DNA of 35,336 nucleotides. It comes from an uncultured Verrucomicrobiota bacterium. GTDB lineage: Bacteria; Verrucomicrobiota; Kiritimatiellia; RFP12; UBA1067. The position numbers and the translations under genes were made by a program. The notes under the pieces are model-generated. The model made no database searches. It saw nothing but the letters and a program-made list of their open reading frames with translations, and had not been told where the DNA came from. Positions 8,747-17,000 of this stretch are shown here, piece after piece. Each line of letters starts with the position of its first letter. Position 1 is the stretch's first letter. Location of the stretch: positions 1 to 35,336 of the forward strand of contig CAMNLN010000001.1 of assembly GCA_946543025.1 (NCBI GenBank), written 5' to 3'.

Positions 8747-9316
8747 TCAACCGATGATCGCGCGCGCGGCGGCCAAGGCGCGCCCGCGATGCGAAATAGC
8801 GTTCTTCTCGTCAGACGAGAGTTCGGCGAACGAACGGTCATAGCCGTCCGGCACGAAGAGCGGGTCGTAGCCGAATCCGCCCGCGCCGGACGGCGCTTCG
8901 GCAATGCGTCCGGGACAATGCCCTTCCACCACGTGTTCCGTGCCGTCAGGGGCCACAAGAACGATCGCGCAGGTAAAGCGCGCGCGGCGGTCAGCCACGC
9001 CGGAGAGGTTCTTCAGGAGCAGCGCGTTGTTGGCGGGCGTATCGCCGTCGCGTCCCGCGTAGCGGGCGGAGCGGACGCCCGGCTCGCCGCCGAGCGCGAT
9101 TACCTCCAGGCCGGAGTCGTCCGCCATCACCCATGACCCGGGATGGCGAGGCGCGATGGCACGCGCCTTGATGCGGGCGTTGCCAACGAAGGTCTCGGCC
9201 GTTTCCTCCGCGCCGGAGTCCTCGCCGCGGATGTCCCATCCGGGCAGAATCTGTCCGATCTCGCGAAGCTTGTGCGCGTTGTGCGTGGCGACGATTAGCG
9301 TGTTCATGTCGGTCAT
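8747..9316 (-). CDS. rdgB: Non-canonical purine NTP pyrophosphatase RdgB/HAM1
   Basis: LIVATHNAHKLREI, DDSGLEV, FGYDPLF and ISHRGRA motifs. ATG 9314-9316 overlaps the TGA (9313-9315) of the upstream GH2 gene; ATG at 9307 is an alternative. The track start at 9367 is an extension into the GH2 gene. Confidence 0.9.
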   Translation of the reverse strand: MTDMNTLIVATHNAHKLREIGQILPGWDIRGEDSGAEETAETFVGNARIKARAIAPRHPGSWVMADDSGLEVIALGGEPGVRSARYAGRDGDTPANNALLLKNLSGVADRRARFTCAIVLVAPDGTEHVVEGHCPGRIAEAPSGAGGFGYDPLFVPDGYDRSFAELSSDEKNAISHRGRALAAARAIIG

Positions 9317-11706
9317 TCGTGACGCCAGAGGACGGTGTCCTTCATCCACTCCTTCACCTCGGACCACTTGAACGGCGGCTCGCCGTAAAGGAAGTGGTTG
9401 CGATGCGTCTCGCCGTCGGCGGAATACTCGATCTCGATCAGGCCCTGGCCGGAGAACGAAATTGTGCCGAGCTGCGTCTTGGAGTTGGCCGCCACCTCGT
9501 AGTCGCGGTCAAGAAGCACCTTGCCGGAAACCTTGTCGCGGTACGTGGCGTGGCCCTTCACCGGATAGCGGCGGTCGTTCACGGCCCAGGCCACATGGTC
9601 GTCGCCCAACATCGCCAGCTGGTCGTGCTGCACGGCCTTGAGCGCGTAGTAGGCCGGCTTCTTGCCGCCGTACCAGTCCACCACGGCGTCGGAAATCTGC
9701 GGCCAGCCGTCGCGCACGTTCCACCAGATGAGGCCGTTGAAACGCGTGAACTTGCGCGAGCGGAACATCTCGCAGAACGTCTTCATCGCCTCGGCCTGGA
9801 CGGTCTGAGACTGCTCGACGAACGTCTCAAGGTCGCGCGCGACGCTCCCGAACATGATCTTTGTCTGGTTCGTCATGAGATTGTTGCGCGTGGCGTGGCG
9901 CATCGCGCCGGGCGTCACGGAAGCGTTGGCCGCCTTGATCTGCCACTCGTCGTTCCAGTGGAAATCGCGGTACGGGTCCTCGCCCGTGATCTCCTTCCAC
10001 GGGTAGAGCGCATCGCGCGTCATCATCTTCTTCAACGACTCGACGTTCGGGCAGCCATGGTAGCCCATCTCGCTCGCGAACCAGCAGGGGCTGTTCGTAT
10101 AGTACGGCACCTTGTAGTAGGCGCGCGCCCCCCAGAGGTGATCCTCGCTCGGACGCGCCTTGCCAGCCACGACGTCGGGCGAATAGTACGGCGACGAAGG
10201 CAGATACGGGCGCGTAAGGTCGTATTCGAAAAGCACGTCGGGAATCGTCCGGCGCGAGTTGCGGTCCATGTTCGGGTCGCGGGCGAGCTTATGGCCCACG
10301 AACCAGCGGAACGCGCCGTCGTTCTCGTTGTTTCCGCTCCAGAGCGCGATGGACGGGTGATTGCGGTGGCGCAGGACGATCGACAGAACCTCCTCGCGCG
10401 TCGCTCGGGCGTAGTCGTCGTCCTGCGGAAACACGCCGCAGCCGGTCATGAAGTCCTGCCACACCATCACGCCGTTCGCGTCGCACCAGTCGAAGAATTC
10501 GTCCGGCTCGTACACGCCGCCGCCCCACACGCGGACCATATTGCAGTTGAGGTCGGCCCACATCTCGAGCGTGGGAATCAGGTGCTGCATGTCGCGCCCG
10601 TGGAAGCTGTCGAGCGGCACCCAGTTGGAGCCGCGCACGTAGATCGGTTCGCCATTCACCTTGAAGAGGAACTGTCCGGGACGGTCCGGACCATACACGT
10701 CGTCGCGCACGAGCTCGATGGTGCGCACGCCGATCTTGCGCGCATCTCGCGCGAGCACCGTGCCGTCCGCCCCCACGATCTCCGCCACCGCGTCATAGAG
10801 CGCCGCCTCGCCGCTGCCGCGCGGCCACCAGAGATCGGCGTTGGAGAGCGTGAAGTCCACCATCGGATGGTACGTGAACACGGGGATATCGGCCTTCGCG
10901 CATTCCTTGCCGCCGCGCGAGAGCGTACAGCGCAGGCGAGCTTTGTCGAGAACGGAGAACGGCGCCTCGAGGCGCGAGCGGAACTTGAAGTCGGCGCGGC
11001 GCTTCGCCACGTCGAGGTTCTTGATCATCCACACGCATTCGCGAAGCCGCACGGGATCCTCCAGTTCCAGCGACACGTCCCGCCACAGACCCTGCGCGAA
11101 CACGCGCGGAAAGATGTCCCAGCCGCCCATGTGCGCCGCCTTGCGGTAGCGCTCGCCGTCCGCGCCCGGCTCGCTCGGGCCTCCCATCTCGCCCACGGTG
11201 GCGTATTGCGCGTCGAGCAGCACGGGACGCAACAGCACCTGCACGACGTTCTCGCCCTCCTTCAGGCGGCGCGTCACGTCGAAGCGGCGCTCGATGAGCA
11301 TGTTCTCGGACTCGCCGATCTTCTCGCCGTTGAGGAACACGTCCGCGAGCGTGTCGATTCCGCCGAACACGAGCACGGCGTGCGCCCCGGACGCCACGTC
11401 CACGGCCGGCGCGTCGAACGCCTTCGTGTAGAGCCACTGGTAACCCTCGTAGGGACGGAGCTTCAGCACGTTGAGGCCGATCTCCATCGGCGGCAGGATG
11501 CCCGCGTTCACGAGGTCGAGCTCGCAGTTGCCCGGCACCGTCGCCTTCACCGTCTTGAACGGCACCTTCAGCGGCAGCGCGCGTACCGCGCCGGCATCCG
11601 GCTGGGGAAAATAGTCCAGCGTCCATTCGCCGTTCAGCGAAACCGAGGACGCGGCCATCGCGCCCAAGGCGAACGCGCAGGCGACGCCCGTCAGCAGTTC
11701 CTTCAT
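9313..11706 (-). CDS. Secreted GH2 family glycosidase, beta-mannosidase-like
   Basis: Start at ATG 11704-11706 (MKELLTGVACAFALGAMAASS signal). GH2 beta-mannosidase hallmarks WWPRGSGEAALY, NMVRVWGGGVYE, acid/base LWSGNNEN and nucleophile FASEMGYHG. Confidence 0.88.
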   Translation of the reverse strand: MKELLTGVACAFALGAMAASSVSLNGEWTLDYFPQPDAGAVRALPLKVPFKTVKATVPGNCELDLVNAGILPPMEIGLNVLKLRPYEGYQWLYTKAFDAPAVDVASGAHAVLVFGGIDTLADVFLNGEKIGESENMLIERRFDVTRRLKEGENVVQVLLRPVLLDAQYATVGEMGGPSEPGADGERYRKAAHMGGWDIFPRVFAQGLWRDVSLELEDPVRLRECVWMIKNLDVAKRRADFKFRSRLEAPFSVLDKARLRCTLSRGGKECAKADIPVFTYHPMVDFTLSNADLWWPRGSGEAALYDAVAEIVGADGTVLARDARKIGVRTIELVRDDVYGPDRPGQFLFKVNGEPIYVRGSNWVPLDSFHGRDMQHLIPTLEMWADLNCNMVRVWGGGVYEPDEFFDWCDANGVMVWQDFMTGCGVFPQDDDYARATREEVLSIVLRHRNHPSIALWSGNNENDGAFRWFVGHKLARDPNMDRNSRRTIPDVLFEYDLTRPYLPSSPYYSPDVVAGKARPSEDHLWGARAYYKVPYYTNSPCWFASEMGYHGCPNVESLKKMMTRDALYPWKEITGEDPYRDFHWNDEWQIKAANASVTPGAMRHATRNNLMTNQTKIMFGSVARDLETFVEQSQTVQAEAMKTFCEMFRSRKFTRFNGLIWWNVRDGWPQISDAVVDWYGGKKPAYYALKAVQHDQLAMLGDDHVAWAVNDRRYPVKGHATYRDKVSGKVLLDRDYEVAANSKTQLGTISFSGQGLIEIEYSADGETHRNHFLYGEPPFKWSEVKEWMKDTVLWRHE

Positions 11707-11720
11707 TGGAAAAATCCTTG

Positions 11721-12533
11721 TCACTTGGCGCCGTCGGCCTTGATCGCCTTGAGCAGGGCCATCGGATAGTCGGAGGTCGTGCAGTCGCACCCTGCCGCCT
11801 TCGCGGTCTTCCATGTCTCGAGGTCCTGCACCATCCAGCCCGTCACCTTCATGCCGTTGTCGTGCGCGTAGTCGACGATCTCCTTGTCCGTCACGCGCCC
11901 CTTCTTGTCCTTCATGAGCGGCGCCACGCGGCAGCAGCCGAGCGACTTGGCCGTGTCCACGAAGTCCTTCGTCAGCGCCTCGCCGCGGATGTAGCCGGTC
12001 GGCGCGTCGGGGAACAGTCGCTTCATCGTCTTCAGGGCCGGCGGGTGGAAGGAGGTGAAGGTATACGTGCCGGGCTTGAGCGTGGCCACCGCCATGTCAT
12101 GCAGCTGGCGGCAGTAGGTCTCCAGGTTCTCGCCCTCGTAGAACTTGCCGGACGCCTTCATCTCAAGCTCGATGTCCACGTCGGCGCGGCCCTTGAACAC
12201 GTCCATCACCTGCTGGGCGCTCGGCGCCTTCTCGCGGGAACGCTTCATCACGAGGCTCGTCACCTCGTCGAAGGACATCTCCTCCACCACGCCCTTCCCC
12301 TCCGTCGTACGCTCCACCTTCGCATCGTGCATGACGACCAGCTTGAGGTCTTTCGTCATGCGGAAGTCGGTCTCGAATCCCGTCAGACCCGCGTCGAGGC
12401 ACTTCTGGAAGCCGCCCGCCGCGTTGTCGTCGTACTCGTGGCGTCCGCCACGATGCGAAAGCACGCGCGGCAGCTCCGCCGCCACGACACACATCGACGA
12501 GACCAGCACCACCGCCATCATTAGTCTTTTCAT
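11721..12533 (-). CDS. Secreted glycerophosphodiester phosphodiesterase (GDPD family)
   Basis: ATG 12531-12533 with AAGGAG 7 nt upstream. MKRLMMAVVLVSSMCVVAA signal. LSHRGG...GFETDFRMTKDLKLVVMHD GDPD signature. The track start at 12920 is a spurious Arg/Gly-rich extension. Confidence 0.88.
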   Translation of the reverse strand: MKRLMMAVVLVSSMCVVAAELPRVLSHRGGRHEYDDNAAGGFQKCLDAGLTGFETDFRMTKDLKLVVMHDAKVERTTEGKGVVEEMSFDEVTSLVMKRSREKAPSAQQVMDVFKGRADVDIELEMKASGKFYEGENLETYCRQLHDMAVATLKPGTYTFTSFHPPALKTMKRLFPDAPTGYIRGEALTKDFVDTAKSLGCCRVAPLMKDKKGRVTDKEIVDYAHDNGMKVTGWMVQDLETWKTAKAAGCDCTTSDYPMALLKAIKADGAK

Positions 12534-12571
12534 CTTTGAACTCCTTTGCTTCTTGGAAAGTTTTGCGGTAA

Positions 12572-13918
12572 TTATACCATAAATGCGGCGAGTATCTTCT
12601 CCGCCCACGTCATCGAGAGGCGGAACTGGTCGAGACCGTACGACTCGTTCGGCGAGTGGATGCGGTCCTGCGGCTGGCCCCAGCCCACAAGGAGCGGCGC
12701 CGCGCCGCTGCACTGCCGCAGCACGGACACGACGGGGATCGACGCGCCGTCCCACTGGAACACCGGCCCGCGCGGGTCCATCTCCTCCAGAACCGCCGCC
12801 GCCAGGCGGAACACCGGCGAAGCGAGCGGCAAGCGAAACCCGGCCGCCTCGCCCGTCACGTCCTCGATGAAGAGGCGCATTCCGCGCGGCACGTGCCGCC
12901 GAAGATGCCGCTCCACGCACACCATCGCCTCGTCCGGCCGCTGCCCCGGAACGAGGCGCATCGAAAGCTTCGCGAGCGCGGAGGCCGGAATCACCGTCTT
13001 CGAGCCGGGGCCGCCGTAGCCCGTGTGGATGCCGTTCACCTCAATGGTCGGACGGAACGAGTTGCGCTCCGTGGGCGTGAGGCCCTCCTCGCCGCCCACG
13101 GGCGGACAGCCCATCTCGGCCTCGTAGCGCGCGTCGCTCATCGCCGCCGCCTCCGCCGCCGCGCGCTCGTCGTCCGTCGGCGGCTCCACCCGGTCGCAGA
13201 AGCCGCGCACGGCGATCGAGCCGTCCGGCGCGTGCAGGCTCGCGATCAGCTCCGCCATGCCCTGCGCGGGGTTCGGCGCGATGCCGCCGAACTCGCCGGA
13301 ATGGAGATCGTGGCTGGCCGCCTCCAGGCGCACGGTGAAATGGCTTACGCCGCGCAGGCCGGCGACGATGGCCGGACGCAAGTCCGCCGCCGCGCTCGTG
13401 TCGCACACGAGCAGCATGTCCGCGCGCAGACGATCCTTGATCGTCGGGGCGAGCGCCGCAAGGGCCGTGCTGCCGCTCTCCTCCTGCCCTTCCAGCACGA
13501 CCTTCACGGTGGGCAATGCCGCGCCAGACTCGATCAGCTTCCTCAGCCCGCAGAGGAATGCGAACCACTGCCCCTTGTCGTCCTGCGCCCCGCGCGCGTA
13601 GACGCGGCCGTCGTCCTTCAGCGTCGGCTCGAAGGGTGGCGTCTCCCACGCGTCGAGCGGATCGGGCGGCTGCACATCGTAATGGCCGTAGAAGAGGATG
13701 GTCGGAGCGTGCTCGGCGCCCTTCCGTTCCGCGAAAAGGATCGGTGGTGTGCCGAGCATTCCCGGCGCCTGGTGCAGCTCGCCCACGAAACCGAGCGCCG
13801 CCAGCCACTTTTTGATCCACATCGCGCAGTCCACGCAGTCGCGCAGACGCTTCGGCTCCGCCCCGACGGTCGGGAAGCGCAGCAGTTCGAAATATTCCTT
13901 GAGAATCGCGTCGTCCAT
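12572..13918 (-). CDS. M20-family metallopeptidase/dipeptidase (ArgE/DapE/CPG2 clan)
   Basis: MDDAILKEYFELLRFPTVGAE start. YGHYDVQP, RGAQDDKGQ and LEGQEESGS metal-binding blocks. The track start at 14032 is an extension across the promoter. Confidence 0.88.
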   Translation of the reverse strand: MDDAILKEYFELLRFPTVGAEPKRLRDCVDCAMWIKKWLAALGFVGELHQAPGMLGTPPILFAERKGAEHAPTILFYGHYDVQPPDPLDAWETPPFEPTLKDDGRVYARGAQDDKGQWFAFLCGLRKLIESGAALPTVKVVLEGQEESGSTALAALAPTIKDRLRADMLLVCDTSAAADLRPAIVAGLRGVSHFTVRLEAASHDLHSGEFGGIAPNPAQGMAELIASLHAPDGSIAVRGFCDRVEPPTDDERAAAEAAAMSDARYEAEMGCPPVGGEEGLTPTERNSFRPTIEVNGIHTGYGGPGSKTVIPASALAKLSMRLVPGQRPDEAMVCVERHLRRHVPRGMRLFIEDVTGEAAGFRLPLASPVFRLAAAVLEEMDPRGPVFQWDGASIPVVSVLRQCSGAAPLLVGWGQPQDRIHSPNESYGLDQFRLSMTWAEKILAAFMV

Positions 13919-13925
13919 GCGGAAT

Positions 13926-13954
13926 AGATTAGCCCAACCCGCCGCCCGCGTCAA
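13926..13954 (-). promoter_or_regulatory. Sigma70-type promoter abutting the M20 start codon (leaderless candidate)
   Basis: Minus strand reads TTGACG (13949-13954), a 17-nt spacer, TAATCT (13926-13931), then 7 nt and ATG 13918. No SD. Confidence 0.4.
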
Positions 13955-14057
13955 CAGCAAATGCGATCCGTCTTGCCGGAATGCGGCGAATCCCGCACGA
14001 AGGACACCCTTTCCCGACGAAAGGCGGAACATGGACGGCGTGAGGATGCGGGCGGCG

Positions 14058-17000
14058 CTAGTGGAAACTGATGACGAGGCCCATCCGCCTCTTCCACTGC
14101 CACGTCAGGCGGATCGGTGCGGCACCCTTCGTCACCGTACAGGACTCGCCCCACTCCGTGGCGGTCTTGACCCATCCGCCGCCGATCAACGCCTCAATCG
14201 TGTACTTTGGCAGAAAGTTGTTGCCGTCCACGGTCACCGGTGCCGCCGAGAACGTCCAAGCACCCGTCAGTTCGTATTCGCCATCCGCAACAGAACTCGT
14301 CGCCGCCACGCCTTCGGCCGGCGGTTCGTTGACCACGACGACATCGACGTAGTTCGTGAACGCGTCTCGGTAGCGGATATCGTCAACCTTGCGGTTCTGC
14401 GCGATCTCCGCGTCCGTGAGCGCGCGGTTGTAGATGCGCAACGAGTAGTAGTCGCCCGTCATGCAACGCTTCGTGCGGTCGACGCCCGTGTAGGTGTTGG
14501 GCGCGCCGATGGCCATCTTTTTGGATGGGAAATCAAGAAAGTTCACGCGGGCATAGCTGATGCCGTCCGCACGCTCAACGCCCTGAAACAAGCAATGGTT
14601 GGTAGGCGTTACGATGTTGGTCAAGTACCTTCCGTCCCAGTTCGAAAGCTTCAACCGCGGTGTCCCTAGCCAGTTGTCGCACTTGATCTCGAGCGTTTTG
14701 CCGGTATTACGCGTAAAAATGCAGTAATCGCCCGAGCCGAAGCCGAAGTAAAGCGGGAAGTCCGTAGTCTGCGCCGCGAACGGGACGTCCAGCGCGGCCT
14801 GGATGGAGCATTCCATGCCGAGGGAGATGTTTTCCTGCATCTGGAAGAAGCTTTCCTCCGCCGCCGTGAAGTGGTGTCCCTTCTCGATCCACGCCGCGAA
14901 GCTGGTGTTCGATGCGGCGATCATGTCGTTCGCGCGATAGGAGAGGTCGTGCCAGAAAATGGATTTCTTCGAATGGGCGTTGCGGGCGCCGCAGTTGCGG
15001 GTGCCGTCGTAGTGCGCCACAAGCCCCTGCTGCACGTAGTCGGAAACATCGTAGTCCGTCGCCGCGCGCAGGCCCGCCGTCAGTGTCCAGAGCCAGGTGA
15101 TGCGGCGGTTGGGCTGGCCTGTTGTGCCTGTGATCGCGGCCGAACGCTGTTCGGCCATCAGGACTGGATTTTCCCACATCCGCTTCGCGGCGTTCCAGGT
15201 TTCCAGGCGGTAGCCCGCACAAGCGTAGGCGCAGGTGCCCACGGTGGCGGTGGCAGGGGCCGTGAAGGTCTTCGTGCCCGTACCGCGCACGAGCCAGCCG
15301 CCCTCGTCCTCCAGCGCAATGCCGGGCACCTCGGAGCGCACTTCCACGAGGTCCGTCTCGGTCGAGAGCCCCGCCGTGCCGTAGAAACGCGCGTAGTCGA
15401 TCTCCTTGTTGCGGCGTAGTTCAGCCACCGTCAGCACGCGGTCATAGACGCGGACGGCGTGGATCCGGCCCTTGAACATGCGTTTCGTCCTCTCCGCCGC
15501 GGTCGACCAGGCGGTGCCGATGCAGTAGCGGTACGAGACGGGAGGGGCCTGGAAGGTGCCGTTCCACCACGACTGCGACGCGTCTGCCGTGAAGCTCACC
15601 CGGTTGTAGTCGATGAGAACGTTGGCGATGCGCCCATTCCAGGGCTGGAGCACGCGGGTCGCGTCATTGATCGGATTCGACCTGAAGATCAGCCTGTCCC
15701 CGCGCCGGTCGTTGCCGCTGCCGGAGTACGGCGTGTACGTGTAGAAGCCGAACACGTCGCCGTTGCAGCTCGCGCCAAACGGAGACGGCCAGTTGTTCGT
15801 CTGGTGCGTGGCGTCGTAGTCGGCGACGATCTGCACCGTCACCTGGTTCGTGAGGGCGACTGCCGCGCCCGTGACGAAGCAGTCGCCGGCGGCGAAGTCG
15901 TAGCCGTCGGACGCCCAGGCACCGAGACGGTCGGCGACGACCGTCTCGCGCGTCGCGTCCGGTCCAGGACAAAGGTTTTTCCATGTCGTCGCTGCGCCGT
16001 CGTGCGGCAGTCCTAGCCCCGCGTTGCGGATGCCGTCGAAGTTCAGGACAAGCCCCGCCTGCACATAGTCGTCCGCGTCGTATTTCTTCACGCCGTTCTT
16101 CAGACGCCAGTTCCACGTGAGGCGCACCCTCGAACGCGCCGTGCAGTTGGTGTAGGCGAACGAAGTGCCCTCGTATTCCCCGACGAGGTCCCATTTGCCC
16201 TTCTCGTCCGTCCATGTCTCCAGCTTGTAGCCCGTCGGCTCCCATTCGTTGCCGTCCGCCGCCGTGCTCGCTGACGCGGAGAAGACATGGTGCCCGTTCA
16301 CGACGTACTTGCCGTTCGCCTCCACCCCCTCGGCGCCGGCGACATTCGACCCGACGACGACGTTGGCGTTCCCGTCCGAGCCGTGGTAGCGCACATCGTC
16401 CACCATTCGGTTCCACGCCAGCTCGTCCTCGGAGAGCACGCGGGCATACATGCGCACCGAGTAGAACGTGCCCTTCACGCCGTTGTTGTTCGAGCCCTGG
16501 ACGGAGCCGCCCCAGGTGAACCGCTTGCCTGGAACCGCCGTGTTTGCGGTTCGGGTCTTCGCATTTGCGTAGGTCGTTCCCTGGAAAAGCCACGAGTAGC
16601 CGTCGCCCAGAACGGACGTTGCGTACATGCCTGCCCAAGACCCCTGCTGGGGACGGCTTTTCGTCCCCACGAAATCATCGTTCTTGAATTGCAGGGTTGT
16701 CGACTTGGTGTCGCTGTTGTTGTTGTTGGGGAGAAAGACCGAGTACTTGTCGTCTGGCGAGACGAACATCGTCGGGAACCACGACGGACTGTTGCCCGTA
16801 CTCTGCTCTGATGTTTTCACGTCCATCGCAAGCTGGACCGTGGAGAACGGACCAAGCGTGACGGCCGCGTCAAGATATGCATACTCACCCTTGGCGGCAC
16901 CGGTGAAATAGAAGCCCTTCCCGTCTTTCCACGAACCGCCGCTCGAATGGATCGTCGCGTCCGGACCGTCCACGACGAGGTTCTTCCACGTGGTCGCCGT

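Noticed and set aside
9319-11769. 816-aa plus-strand ORF
   Set aside because: Mirror frame of the GH2 gene. It is Arg/His/Val-rich with no family motifs.
12534-12920. N-terminal extensions of several track ORFs: 11721..12920, 12572..14032, 9313..11814, 8747..9367, 6727..7287, 14058..18053, 30616..32907, 25676..26935
   Set aside because: The extensions are Arg/Gly-rich. They overlap upstream genes or promoters and lack an SD. Internal ATG/GTG codons with good SDs or -10 boxes begin at canonical family N-termini or signal peptides.
14008-14024. Hairpin CCTTTC-N5-GAAAGG downstream of the GDPD-LamG stop as an intrinsic terminator
   Set aside because: It is only a 6-bp stem with no following U-tract on the minus strand, so it is too weak to call. 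Read-through into the M20 unit cannot be excluded.
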